From NCBI GenBank assembly GCA_000004985.1, contig GG738850.1: 64,000 nt of DNA; one strand, written 5' to 3'. This stretch comes from Naegleria gruberi (taxonomy: Eukaryota). Shown here one piece after another: positions 1 to 11,655 of the stretch. How positions within the stretch are numbered: the first letter of the stretch is position 1; the number at the start of each line of letters is the position of its first letter. The notes under the pieces are model-generated. The model was not told where the DNA came from. It did not search any database and was given only the letters and a program-made list of their open reading frames with translations. Position numbers and translations under genes: made by a program.

Positions 1-73
1 AGGACCAGATATTTACATTTTTCTTTACAATTTACATTAATATTAATATTTATTACACCCTTAAATAAATAGG

Positions 74-2920
74 TTATTGTTTTTGTTCTTCTGTTTTCTT
101 TTCTTCTTCAGCCTTCTTCTTTGCTGCTTCTTCTTCCTCTAATTCCTTTTGTTGGAAATCTTTGGTCTTCAAATAAGCATCGAATTGAGCATCATTACCA
201 AATGGTCTATGACCGAGCACATCAACCATGTCTTGCGCATCAATCTTTTCCTTTTCCAGTAATAATTTGGCAACTGAAACCATACCATCTTTGTGTTTCA
301 TCAAGAGTTCTTCAGTTCTTTGATAAGCTTCAACAACCATTCTCTTAATTTCATGATCAATTAATCTAGCTGTTTGGGCACTGTATGGTTTTTCAGCTTG
401 GAATCCATCATTTGTATCTGGGAATGAAACGTTACCAATCTTATCACTCATACCATACTTAGTAATCATTTGACTGGCAATTTCAGTGACCTTTTGTAAA
501 TCGTTTTGAGCACCAGTTGACAAGTGACCGAATATTATCTTTTCAGCAGCTCTACCACCAAGAGCAAGACACATAAAGTCAAATAATTGTTCCTTTGTAG
601 TAATATATCTTTCTGATGGAAGGTATTGAGCATAACCCAAAGCACCTGAACCTCTTGGTACAATGGAAACCTTCAAAAGTGGGTCAGTATGTTCCAAATA
701 CCAACCAGCAACAGCGTGACCAGCTTCGTGGTGAGCAACAATGTTTCTTTCTTCTGGAGATAAAACCTTATTCTTCTTTTCCAAACCACCGATAATCTTA
801 TCAATAGCTTGTTCGAAATGACGCATTGTAACATGATCAGATCCTTCTCTAGATGCAATAAGAGCTGCTTCGTTACAAACGTTAGCAATATCAGCACCAG
901 AGAAACCTGGAGTAAGAGTAGCAAGACGAGTAGCGTATTCCTCTGCTGGTTTAGCCAAAACAATACCCTTCATGTGAACCTTGAAGATTTCTTCTCTACC
1001 CTTAATGTCAGCAATTGAAACATCAATGGATCTATCAAAACGACCAGGTCTTGTAAGAGCCTTATCCAAAATTTCAGATCTGTTTGTAGCGGCCAAGACA
1101 ACTACACCAGTAGCTGGAGTAAAACCGTCCATTTCAACAAGCAATTGATTGAGAGTATTTTCTCTTTCATCGTTTCTACCCATGAATTTACCTGTGCCTC
1201 TTTGTCTACCTACAGCATCAATTTCATCAATGAAAATAATAGATGGAGCATTATCCTTAGCTTCTTTGAATAATTTACGAACTCTTGCTGGACCAACACC
1301 AACAACCATTTCAACAAATTCAGAACCGGAAATACTATAGAATGGAACACCAGCCTCACCAGCAACTGCCTTTGCCAACAATGTCTTACCAGTACCTGGA
1401 GGACCAACAAGCAATGCACCCTTTGGAATTCTAGCACCAATATCTCTGAACTTCTTTGGATTCTTCAAAAAGTCGACAAATTCTGTAATTTCTCTCTTGG
1501 CTTCATCGAGACCAGCAACATCTTTGAATTTTACAGAGTGTTGAGATGTAGCCTTAAATGATTTGGTGAACATATTAGTTGGATCCATAGCTCCTAAACC
1601 ACCACCTCTTCCTGGCATTCTCTTGTAAGCATAGTACAATAAACTACCAATAATGAGCAAATGAATAGCTGCTTGAATGGTTTGAGCAAAGTTCTTTTGT
1701 TCCTTTCCTGAATAGAAAATTTCAATACCAGAAACTTGAACACCATTTTGGTGCATTTCTTCCAATAAATCATAATATCTTCTTTCAAAGCTATCACCAC
1801 CAAATCCAATGCTGTATTCTCTTCCTTCCTTTGTTGTGACTGTTGTAGAGCGTTCAAGAATAGTGATCTTACGAACGTTTTGAGTTCTCAAATCTTGACT
1901 GAAATCATCAAAAGATGCTGTATAACCAGTTCCTTGATGTAATTGTTGGTATGAAGTGGCAATCATGATCAAAGTGACGAAAAGCATACCATAGAACATG
2001 TAGTCCAATACGCTCATTTTTGGTTTGTCTTTTTCTTCTCCTGATTCTTGCTTTACTGTTTCAGTTTTAACTTCTTCCTTTGGCTTAATCGTACCCAATT
2101 TCAAGTTTGAATGGACAGATTCTCCTTTTTTGACCTCGTGTGAAATAATTTTACCCTTTTCGGCAGCTCTGACATTAATTCTTTGAGGAGTATCTTCATC
2201 TGTATATTTGACTTCAATTTCAGCAATAACTTCACCTTCAAAAACTTCATCTTCAACAAATTTGAACCATTTGTTAATGTATGCGCTTTCAACATTATCT
2301 CCCAAGTGTGGAACAGTAATATCAATTTTAGCTGGCTTCTTTTCCTTCTTTTCATCATTTTCTTTTTCTTCCTTGTCCTTCTGTTCCTTCTTTTCTTTCT
2401 TTTCTTTCTTTTCTTTCTTCTCTTCAGATTTCTTTTCGGAAGTCTTTTCCTCCTGTTCAACTTTTTCTTCAGTTTCGGAAGTCTTTTCCTCCTTCTTTTC
2501 TTCCTTCTTTACTTCCTCTTTTTGATCCGATTCAGATGATTCCTTTCGTTTAAAGTTACCAAATCCTTTTGGTGTTGAATAGAATCTTTTAGATACAAAA
2601 TTGGTCAATACAAAGTTGATGTTTTTCTTAGAGAAAATATTTCTTTCTGTTTTTCTAGACAAAGGATATGAACTCTTTTCACTAGTATTAATATATTCAA
2701 TATTTCCGTATGATGAAAGATATTCTTGTTGGAATGATGGAAGACGATTAATTACAGCCATAATATTCTTAAAAGATGAATATCTTAAATTAAATAAACC
2801 ATTATTACTATTCACTAATCCACTTCTTTCCCATAATTTTTCAGCCCAAGCAGGTAAGTTGATTCGATTCATCAACGAACCAGCCTGCAAACCCACGGCC
2901 TTCATTTGTTGTTGGAACAT
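74..2920 (-). CDS. AFG3L2: Mitochondrial m-AAA (FtsH-family) AAA+ zinc metalloprotease, AFG3L2/paraplegin/Yta10-12-like
   Basis: This is a 948-aa ORF with the ATG verified at 2918-2920. It has Walker A LLVGPPGTGKT, Walker B IIFIDEIDAV, and a C-terminal HEAGHAV (HExxH) zinc site. The block FKDVAGLDEAKREITEFVDFLKNPKKFRDIGARIPKGA is near-colinear with AFG3L2. The N-terminus is presequence-like and is followed by a K/E-rich low-complexity insert. Confidence 0.9.
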   Translation of the reverse strand: MFQQQMKAVGLQAGSLMNRINLPAWAEKLWERSGLVNSNNGLFNLRYSSFKNIMAVINRLPSFQQEYLSSYGNIEYINTSEKSSYPLSRKTERNIFSKKNINFVLTNFVSKRFYSTPKGFGNFKRKESSESDQKEEVKKEEKKEEKTSETEEKVEQEEKTSEKKSEEKKEKKEKKEKKEQKDKEEKENDEKKEKKPAKIDITVPHLGDNVESAYINKWFKFVEDEVFEGEVIAEIEVKYTDEDTPQRINVRAAEKGKIISHEVKKGESVHSNLKLGTIKPKEEVKTETVKQESGEEKDKPKMSVLDYMFYGMLFVTLIMIATSYQQLHQGTGYTASFDDFSQDLRTQNVRKITILERSTTVTTKEGREYSIGFGGDSFERRYYDLLEEMHQNGVQVSGIEIFYSGKEQKNFAQTIQAAIHLLIIGSLLYYAYKRMPGRGGGLGAMDPTNMFTKSFKATSQHSVKFKDVAGLDEAKREITEFVDFLKNPKKFRDIGARIPKGALLVGPPGTGKTLLAKAVAGEAGVPFYSISGSEFVEMVVGVGPARVRKLFKEAKDNAPSIIFIDEIDAVGRQRGTGKFMGRNDERENTLNQLLVEMDGFTPATGVVVLAATNRSEILDKALTRPGRFDRSIDVSIADIKGREEIFKVHMKGIVLAKPAEEYATRLATLTPGFSGADIANVCNEAALIASREGSDHVTMRHFEQAIDKIIGGLEKKNKVLSPEERNIVAHHEAGHAVAGWYLEHTDPLLKVSIVPRGSGALGYAQYLPSERYITTKEQLFDFMCLALGGRAAEKIIFGHLSTGAQNDLQKVTEIASQMITKYGMSDKIGNVSFPDTNDGFQAEKPYSAQTARLIDHEIKRMVVEAYQRTEELLMKHKDGMVSVAKLLLEKEKIDAQDMVDVLGHRPFGNDAQFDAYLKTKDFQQKELEEEEAAKKKAEEEKKTEEQKQ
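2330..2530 (-). repeat. Charged (KKEEK)n-like low-complexity coding repeat inside the m-AAA protease gene
   Basis: Reiterated ttcttttctttc/gaagaaaag units on the + strand encode EKKEEKKEKKEKKEKKEQKDKEEKE. They also generate the spurious antisense ORFs 2101..2460, 2183..2539 and 2208..2525. Confidence 0.6.
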
Positions 2921-4225
2921 TTTTTATTTAAAGATTCTCCAAAAATACATTGGCTGCCACCGCTTATTCAATCAAAACACAATCGGGCGGTGTAATTTTT
3001 TTGAGTGAAAATGTGCTTTTTGAAAAACAATGCACTTCCATCTCTTCAAAATAATCCTTCAAGGATGAATTCATACAGGTGTAAGGATCATTCTTATTGA
3101 TTGAGAGGATTTTTTGTTAATGGCCGATGCACTGTTGAATTGGTTGAAGGGTTTATTGAGGATAAACCCTTTAAATTGAATATTAAATTTATGGATTTCC
3201 TCAGGAGTTTCTGTAAAATAATCAACAGCCATTGCCTCAATTAGAATAATGACAATCTCAAGAATTATCATTGTAATTGGTTTATTATTTGGGCATTCTA
3301 TTGATTTGATGGACGGGAAGCCTGCCAGGAATATGGCGACAATCCCGCTACAGTCTTTGACTGTATGAACAGTGAAGGCAACTAGACGAATCTTGTTGGT
3401 TCAGTAAGGTTTGTTGAAGAAATTGAAAGGGTTGATCACCTTCGTATTTATTGAACATTCTATGTTGCATTGGTTGGTGCAAATTTTGGTATAACATTTT
3501 CTTTATCAAATCGAAATTGAAACTTCATCTTTCTCAACATTTTGTGTTAATCATTGTAAATAAAACCAAAAAGTTACTCGATTCTTCCATCCATTATTCT
3601 TTCCTTCGAATTCCTCTTAATCTCCTTATCATAAACTATGATATTTTAAGATACAACTTCCAAAGTAATAGTTATGCCAGTGTATTCAAATGTTTTACTA
3701 ATGAGCATGTTGTTATTAATCCTCATATTGAATCATCAATTTGTTAAAATGTGATGAATTCCTATTTGAAGAGATATCTTTGATCACAACTTCCAATCAT
3801 GCAAAGAGCATGCTTACATGTACATGTAGTACAGCTAATTTTTTCGTTATACTAATAGGTAATTTTATTTGTTACACTGAGTTCCAAACTAATTATTTTA
3901 AGCAGCACTATCATGACGGTTAAATGAGAATATTGTAAACTTGTATCCTCCCTTTTTCCATATCCAATTTTTGGTGTTCGATAGTTAGATGATACTGAGG
4001 TGTTACCATTCCTCTTACTGACTTCTCAATAAGGTTGTTCCACAAATGTTCAACCAATTCAATTCTCAGAAAACCATTGAACTCTAATAAACTCCATTGT
4101 AACTATTGTAATCTTACTCATTAAAAACTGCTATAAATTCAATTTACCATTCATTGGATGATTAAACAAATCAAAAAACAAATTCAATATTTGAAAAAAC
4201 TCAAAAGCTATTGAAATCTAAAGAA

Positions 4226-4762
4226 ATGACTGAACAAACTCACGAAGAATTATTCAACCAAAACGTATGTGGAAGTGGTTTGGCATTCAAGAAGGTAGTT
4301 CGTGAATTATTCAACAATCGTATTGTTCCTGCAACCAAGAATCTTCAACAAGTCAATCCAAAGATGCTCATCTTGTTGGATTGGGCTTCTCTTGCTGCAT
4401 TGCCAACTGAAACCAAGTACAAGTATGGTGATAGATTTGCTGAAGATACCTTGTTGAATAATTGCATCAAATTCTTAACCGAATGTCCAAGATTGAGTAA
4501 TATGAGTGAAATTGCCAAGGTTTTCATCAAGGATCCTGATTGTAAGGATGCTTTCATGGGATTGGAAAAATTGATTTTCAGAGTTGTTCACAATGCTGAT
4601 AGTAAGGATTCTTCTGGTTTCCTTGGCTATTCTTACAAGGTTAATGGAGCTGATTTGGTAGTCACTTTGGAATGTAATTTGACTCTTGTTATGAAGGTTG
4701 CCAATGAAAGACAAAGTCCTTCTGCTGATTCTGAAGCTAAAAAGTTGATTAATGCTTTCTAA
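4226..4762 (+). CDS. Hypothetical protein of about 178 aa
   Basis: The ORF is intact. The track start at 4211 is TTG and the first ATG is at 4226. I recognise no domain. Confidence 0.4.
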   Translation: MTEQTHEELFNQNVCGSGLAFKKVVRELFNNRIVPATKNLQQVNPKMLILLDWASLAALPTETKYKYGDRFAEDTLLNNCIKFLTECPRLSNMSEIAKVFIKDPDCKDAFMGLEKLIFRVVHNADSKDSSGFLGYSYKVNGADLVVTLECNLTLVMKVANERQSPSADSEAKKLINAF

Positions 4763-5137
4763 TTATGAAAATGGTGGTCCTCAATGCATCAATAAAAACA
4801 TGCTTCCAACTTTGAAGCATATGTTGATAATAAGTAAAATCTTTATTTGCAAAAAGACTACAGCACCACAGGTTCCCAAGTTGTCTCCAACCTCAGTACT
4901 GATGTGGCTCGACGATGCTTAACTTCTCAAATCGGACGGGATGAGGTGCATGAATCGTGATATGGCTGTAGCATTCACTTTCGCAATTTCTGAAATTTTA
5001 ATCTAGCACAATCAGTTTTTGTTTCATTTATTGAGCCTTTTTCAAATTAATTATGGAAACAAACCTCTGTCATTCACCACCGAATGTTTTCTTTTTGGAT
5101 GGAATTACTTAGAATAATTTATTCTATTGACCAGATA

Positions 5138-5968
5138 TTAGAGTTTCATTGAAGAAATGATGGATTTTCTCGTGTTATTTCCATCTAACAAACTCTTGAA
5201 TTCTTGTGTGAAAGAAGAAATGAGAGGAAGTGCTTCTTCCAACCATAAACATTGCTCTGTAATCTTGAAAGAGGTATCACAGTTGACAGTACCAATTTCT
5301 AGAGGAGGATCATGCTTGGCAATAAATTCTCTATTAACATCAAGCTCCTGAACAATATCATATTTTGAAGGATGTGAAAGAGCATTTGGCCCAAACACAA
5401 GAAAACCTCTTTGTAAAGATTCTAAATGGAAAATATCATTAACTTCAGGCATGAGATCAATATAAATAATTTCGCCACTTTTCATTTGAATTGAGAAAAT
5501 ATGGTGATCATCTCCCCATCTACTCAAAGCACCTCCTCTATAAGATGGTGCAGTATTCCAATTTACAGTACTACACCTAACCATTGTTTTTTGAATTCCA
5601 ATCTTCTCAATTTCTTCTCCATTCCATTTGAAAATTATTCCACCTTGTTGCACCTTGTTAAACAATGAACAAAATGCTAAAACATTTAAAATTCCCTTAC
5701 TTCTTTCACATCCCATCACATATTTGTTATATAAAGGAATGGACATGTCAGGATTTGCCAAGTAGAAAATTTCAGGTTTAGTAATTGTAAACTTGGATGA
5801 TTCTGCAGTAGGATCAAAATTATCTTCTAAAATCCATGTTGTATGGTGTGATTTTTGTTGGATTCTCCTCAGTGATTGATCAGTCGAGAAGGTGGATCGG
5901 AGCACTTTTCCGAGAGTAATCAACTCTTGATGTAAATCAACTTCTCCTGCTACTTGTGATGGAATCAT
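5138..5968 (-). CDS. Hypothetical protein, 276 aa
   Basis: The ORF has an ATG at 5966-5968 and I recognise no motif. Upstream exons cannot be excluded. Confidence 0.4.
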   Translation of the reverse strand: MIPSQVAGEVDLHQELITLGKVLRSTFSTDQSLRRIQQKSHHTTWILEDNFDPTAESSKFTITKPEIFYLANPDMSIPLYNKYVMGCERSKGILNVLAFCSLFNKVQQGGIIFKWNGEEIEKIGIQKTMVRCSTVNWNTAPSYRGGALSRWGDDHHIFSIQMKSGEIIYIDLMPEVNDIFHLESLQRGFLVFGPNALSHPSKYDIVQELDVNREFIAKHDPPLEIGTVNCDTSFKITEQCLWLEEALPLISSFTQEFKSLLDGNNTRKSIISSMKL

Positions 5969-6025
5969 TTTTTATTAAATTATTATTTTAATATTTGATA
6001 TTGAATTAAATTACAAAAAATTGTG

Positions 6026-6916
6026 ATGATATCTGCCAACAGCCGTGACACACAAACTTCAAAACAAAATTCCATTGTTGTGGAGAACAATCAATCCAAT
6101 GAAGATCAAGATGAAAAGGAAAAATTAAATAATATTCAACAAGATTCATCCAACAACAAATCAATTCCTCCTATCAATCATGAATCCCGAACAACACATT
6201 CATCATCATCATGGAATTTCATTCTCCTCTCCCTCCTCTTCATCACTATAGAATTGATCATTTATTTATATAACAACAAGATTGCTTCCTACTTATTAAT
6301 TGCTACCAATTGTTCATCATCATCAGAACAATCTCCTGAATTTTCTACTATTAGTTGTTTGTCTCCGAGGAGAGTTATCTATGGCTGGTCATCAAATGCT
6401 CAACCTCAAATTCTACTTTCAATTCTTCTCTATCCAATTATCTTTCCCAATTGGATTACATTAATAGTTGGTTTGATTATTCTCTATTCAATTCGTGAGA
6501 GTGATTCATTCTCAAAGCCTTCGATTTTTAAGCATTTAATTAGACTCTATCAGATACAATATAGTACTTTTATTATTAGGATGGTGTTATCTTTCATTAG
6601 ATTTAGAGCATTTGGATGGACAGAGGATTTATTGTGGGCCTTTGATGCTCATCATTTTGTTTCGTGTAATATGGGAGGAACAAGTTTTATATTGTATCAT
6701 CTTGTGAAATACTTTTCTGATGTGAGTAGTCAGCAACATGGTGGAATATTGAAAATGATTGTACCAGCCTTTATTGCTTTTATTCTTCACTTTACAAGTC
6801 ATTTACCACTTGCATATATTCCTATGGTTTCGTCCACTTTCGCGAACCAGATTCCTTCCAACTATTTGATTGATCACATATCTGCCATCATACTAACCAT
6901 TGTATTCTCAGAATAA
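6026..6916 (+). CDS. Hypothetical multi-pass membrane protein with a disordered N/Q/S-rich N-terminus
   Basis: The track starts the ORF at a GTG (6023) and the first ATG is at 6026. At least five hydrophobic segments follow a low-complexity N-terminus. Confidence 0.4.
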   Translation: MISANSRDTQTSKQNSIVVENNQSNEDQDEKEKLNNIQQDSSNNKSIPPINHESRTTHSSSSWNFILLSLLFITIELIIYLYNNKIASYLLIATNCSSSSEQSPEFSTISCLSPRRVIYGWSSNAQPQILLSILLYPIIFPNWITLIVGLIILYSIRESDSFSKPSIFKHLIRLYQIQYSTFIIRMVLSFIRFRAFGWTEDLLWAFDAHHFVSCNMGGTSFILYHLVKYFSDVSSQQHGGILKMIVPAFIAFILHFTSHLPLAYIPMVSSTFANQIPSNYLIDHISAIILTIVFSE

Positions 6917-7045
6917 TTCATTGTAAAATCCAAAAATTGAGAAAATACAACTCTTTGATTTTAAGGCTAAACACAATTTAAGGCTTTTTTCACTCTGATT
7001 CAACTCTCTCTCAATTCTAAAAAAAAATAACTCAATTAATTAACA

Positions 7046-8838
7046 ATGTTTTTTGGAAACGAACTGGTCTCAAAGAAGGGTATGTATTCTGAAAATTTTC
7101 AAAGCCTTACATGTTATTTTCTGTAGAACCTATCCGAGTATTGTGGTTGGCAGCAACACTTGGAAAGAGAAGTAAAAAGCTGAGTAAGAAGAAGATACTC
7201 GAGGCTAATATTCCATCGTTGACAAGTGAAATTATTGAGAAGGGTAGTAAAATGATCATCTCTTCATCTATTAATGGTCAATCATCAGGTAACATGGATG
7301 GATATGTTGATTATTCTAGTTATTCACTCCGTCTATCAAGTACTCTTCTATTGGGAGTTGTTGTCATCTTTAATAAGAAGGCTCAATATTTACTATCGGA
7401 AGGAAATCAAATGGTTCGTAAGGCTAGACAAATTTCTGTTCGTTTAGATCAAACAACTGACTCGACATTATTGGACAAGAAAGAGGCTAGATTTGAAGCA
7501 ATTACTTTAAAGCCTTTCAAAGATTTCGAATTGATTGCTGACACTTCAGTTTTAACTATGGATGAGGAATTGATGGCAAGATGGTATAGATTAGTAGGAG
7601 CAAATAGTAACGGAGAGTGTAATAATGAGGAGTTGAGTAACTTGCAATCATCATCAGCAATAATAGAAGCTGAATTGAATGGATCCAAGACTTTGGAAAA
7701 TGAACAACAGGGTGCTGACATTAGTATGATTAAACCAGTACGTGAGTCTGACATTTTCATGGCTGGATTAGATATCTTCGAAGCTGGTATTGATCCTATG
7801 CATGAGCAACATGAGGAAGACTTGAACAACAATGGTGGCGATCATGAGTTGGGTGGATTGGAAACCTCAATAATTGAGCAAGCTCCTATGATGATAGGGA
7901 ATGATAATGAGCTCGATACTGCATTCACCAATCCAAAGAAGAGAAAGAGAACCTCTGTTGGTAAATTAATTATTGATGACCAAACTCAGATATCAAGCGA
8001 TACTATGCGTTCCATGATACAGGACTGCTCCTCTCTACTAACTACAAGAGGTTCCGTAAAGAACAATCCATTCTCAAAGACTGATGACTGGTTCAGTACA
8101 AACATCTTTTCCAGAGACAAGCTTGATAAGATAACAATGGATAGATTATTCTATACAATTCCATGTGGTTATGACTCAACCAACCGACAGTTCAATAACG
8201 ACTTTTCTAATATTTGCACAAAGAGTTTAAAGAGACGAAAATCCAACGAACCATCTAATGATAACAATAATGCAGCAGTAGAAACATCCAAACAGCTACC
8301 TGATGAAGATATTCAACATCTTAACAATTTCCTTGATGGAGAGCTTGGAGGTATTGATGTAGACATTGAACAACCTAGAGAGGAGCATTTCGATATTCCA
8401 GAAAGACAACTAGATGAAGATGAGTTGACTTCAATATTGCTTAATCCTGGAGACCTTTCTGTATTACTATCACCAAACGGGCCAACATTCCAAAAACAAA
8501 CCTCACCTCAAAAGAGACCATCTCTAATTGCTGACGAAACTGACGAATTGTTAAAGGTATTTGAAGATAACTCTGCAATTCCTGCATATTCTGGATCAAC
8601 AATGGTACCTAAGAGTTGGGGAATGTTGGAATACATGAAAAAGAAGGTTGAAGAGGAATCATTGAACGTGAATAATGGTGGAAAGGTTTATCTGTCATTT
8701 GACAAGCTTATTAGGGAAGGTAACAACACCAAACGGTTGAGGGAAAAAGCAAGCCAAGGTTTTTATCAGTTATTGGTATTGGCCTCAAATAATCATATTG
8801 AGATTAAGAGTTTGGACAAAATTTATGTAAAGCAATAG
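7046..8838 (+). CDS. RAD21: Cohesin kleisin subunit Rad21/Scc1/Rec8 family
   Basis: Gene model is join(7046..7079,7127..8838). The 47-nt intron has a GTATGT donor at 7080 and a CTGTAG acceptor ending at 7126, in phase 1. The spliced N-terminus MFFGNELVSKKEPIRVLWLAATLGKRSKKLSKKKILEANI...LLLGVVVIFNKKAQYLL matches the Rad21/Rec8 N-terminal domain. The C-terminus FYQLLVLASNNHIEIKS matches the Rad21 C-terminal winged-helix FYSFLVLKKQQAIEL. Confidence 0.8.
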
Positions 8839-8867
8839 AAAATACAAATTGCTCATATCTCGAAAGC

Positions 8868-9964
8868 TTAATGTAACTTGGTAAACACTAATAAAACTAA
8901 TTGAATAAGAATCAAAATCATTGGATTGAAAACAACAAAATATCTAGTCAAATCCAAAACACTCAAATAAAATTCAGAATCAGAGTTCCATGGATTTTTC
9001 TATAAAATTATTAATTTCCAATAATTATTTCACTTAAACTTACCTGAAGCAAATCCTCTTGTTTAGTATTGACAACTTCCTTACAAATTGGGCATGAATC
9101 CTTCTTACCAAGGATCAACCAACCATACAAGCAAAACTCATGGAATTTGTGTTGACAAGATAAAACCTTAGTTTCTTGAATTGTCTTTCTCTTTGATTCT
9201 TGAGCAGCATCACCAGTAATTCTTCTTGTGAATGGTTGATCTGAAGAGCTTTCAAAATCAGCTGCAGATCCACCTCCTTCAAAATCTAAATTGGTATCAT
9301 TCTTTAATTCCTGATTACAAATTCCACAAACATGATGTAATTGAGAAGGTGAAACATAAAACTTATTTCTATCAGCTTCCAAAGATGCACTAATAGCAGT
9401 AGAACAAATTTCACCACAATCTCTAACAAGAACACCAAAATAAAGTCCATAGAAAATCCAAATTTCAGCTGAAGGGAAAATAAATCTTCCAAAATCAGAA
9501 TCCATAAGTAAATATTTGATAATTAAAGTGTGAAATCCAAATAATATTTGTAAAACAAGCATTACTGTTCCGAACAAGACAGAAAAGTGAGAGATTTTGT
9601 AAACTGAGAAAAACCAAACATAAACCTTCTTTGGTGTGTTAGGAGCCAAAGCCCTTCTGAGAGAAATATAACCAAGATAAACTGTAAATAGAGAATAAAC
9701 AAGCCACACAATCATCATTCGTGAAAAGTGTGTCAATCCTCCGATAAATATACAATATATTGCAGGGAATAACCACATTAAAAAGAAGGAAGTCATCACA
9801 TATGAATGTCTATGATATTTCTTCCACAATTGTACAACAAGTTGTAAAACAATAACCATCACAACAACAAAAAGGAAAAATCCAGCAGGAGCTGCCGGAT
9901 GTTGTTCATGTTGATTATGTAATTGTTGGTGTTGTTGCATCACCAAGTCTTGTTGTGATGCCAT
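8868..9964 (-). CDS. RNF121: Multi-pass transmembrane RING-H2 E3 ubiquitin ligase, RNF121/RNF175-like
   Basis: Gene model is join(complement(8868..8999),complement(9044..9964)). The 44-nt intron has a GTAAGT donor at 9043 and a TTTTATAG acceptor. Exon 1 has hydrophobic helices with YVWFFSVYKISHF and IFYGLYFGVLVRDCGEICS, then the RING CGICNQEL...CQHKFHEFCLYGWLILGKKDSCPICKE. These are colinear with RNF121. The inferred 3' exon KNPWNSDSEFYLSVLDLTRYFVVFNPMILILIQLV matches the RNF121 tail [33 protein letters not shown]. Confidence 0.75.
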
Positions 9965-10064
9965 TTTTTAGTATTTTTATATTAAATTCTTAAATATTTC
10001 AGATATTTTGTGATTTTAAAAAAGAAATATCAAAATTATTAACAAAATTGGTTTTTTAAATAAT

Positions 10065-11655
10065 TTAATCATCTTCATCTTCAATTTCAACATCAGATCC
10101 TCCTTCAACTTCTTCTTCATCACCATCTCCCATTTCAGCATCACCATCTTCATCATCGGAATCAACTGTGATAAAAACATCATCCTCAATTGGTTTAGAA
10201 GCAACCATTGGAATAAATTCATTATTTGGATCATTGACACTTGTCAATTTGTTAAGAACATTAGAATCATCAATTTGCATCATTGCATTATCCATGTTGA
10301 ATTGTTCCACAACACTTTCTCCTCTCTTTGGTGGAAGTGTATAGAAAGGTATTTTACCTGTATTCCAATCTCTCAAAACAATTTTACCTGCTTCTTTAAT
10401 ATTTGGTTTAGATCCCTTCAACAATTTACCACTTTGTTTAGCAACTTGTGTCAAGAATTCTTCTGCTGTTGTGAATGCTTGAACATTATATCTCCTCATA
10501 AGTCTTTCTGGTTTACATCTCTTCAAAATAATTCTAACAGGTTCCACAGTATCTTCCAATTGTTCAATTCTGACAGCATTACGAAGAATAACATCTGAAT
10601 CCAAAGAAGCTGATGAGAAAATAATACCTGGACTATCAATAAGTTTGATATTACTATCTAATTGAATTTCCTTAGCACAAGTTGTGACACCAGGTCTTGA
10701 ACCAACAACAGCAACACGTTGTCTCTTTAAAGAATTGATAACAGAACTCTTACCAACGTTTGGATAACCAATAATACCAACTGAAATAGACTTTTTGATA
10801 TCTTCGCTTCTGGCATAATTCTTCAATAATTGCATTAATGTATCAGCACCCAAACATCCTTTCATATCTTCTGTTGATCCTTGTGAAAGATTCTTTGATT
10901 GTTTTTGTGTATTAGATTTGAAAGCAATTGTTGGGAATTCCTTTCTCAAATATTCAAGCCATTGTGTAACAACTTCACGTGGAACCATATCAATCTTGTT
11001 CAAAAGAAGAATAATCTTCTTATTCATATGTTTAGAAAGAATAGCCTTTTCAATATTCAAACATCTACAACCCATTGGATCTCTGGCATCCAAAACTTCA
11101 ATAATAACATCACTTGCTTCAACAGTCTTATTGAATTCCTTATAATAAGCTCTCTTAGAAGCTGTTGAAAGTGAAGCTTGTTTAATATCTCTAGCATCAA
11201 ATGCATCACCTTGACCATCTTTCATAAGTTCTTCCTTGGCATTGAATTCCATTTGTTTACGTTGGGCCATATATTGAAGATGGGCCATTTCAGAAAGACG
11301 ATTATTTTCCTTTTGTGTTTCTACTCTATTGGTCTTCTTTGAAAGTTGGTCCTTTTCCTTTTGTTGTTTTTCTTCTTGTTTCTTTTGATAGATCTTTTCT
11401 AAAATTTGCTTTTTATCAGGAAGAAGATTTGGAATTCCGAGATCCTTCTTAAGTTCTAATCATCATCATAGTATTGGATGAAAACAATCACATCGGAATC
11501 AATAATTTGAATCTACTTGAGAACAACTTACTATTTCTTGGGAGAGCAATACCCTTCTTGGCGGCCTTTCTAACCTTTCTATCACGTTCCATTTTCTTCT
11601 TGATGAGATTAACCTTCTTCTTCTTGGTTACTCTACTACTCGATTGTTTGCCCAT
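10065..11655 (-). CDS. GNL3: Nucleolar circularly-permuted GTPase, GNL3 (nucleostemin)/Nug1 family
   Basis: Gene model is join(complement(10065..11455),complement(11532..11655)). The 76-nt intron has a GTAAGT donor and TGATTAG acceptor, in phase 1. Exon 1 encodes the basic Grn1-type N-terminus MGKQSSSRVTKKKKVNLIKKKMERDRKVRKAAKKG. G-motifs are permuted in the order G4 LLNKIDMV, G1 GYPNVGKSS, G3 DSPG. There is an acidic D/E-rich C-terminal tail. Confidence 0.8.

Noticed and set aside
2101-2539. Antisense and overlapping ORFs inside low-complexity coding tracts. Examples are 2101..2460, 2183..2539 and 2208..2525, also 26266..26754 inside the dynein gene, 31326..31944 inside PCCA and 56760..57086 inside the S/K-rich gene.
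   Set aside because: They are out-of-frame or antisense readings of purine-rich, stop-poor repeats such as (gaa/aag)n. They have homopolymeric K/F/L/S compositions. They are fully nested in well-supported genes.
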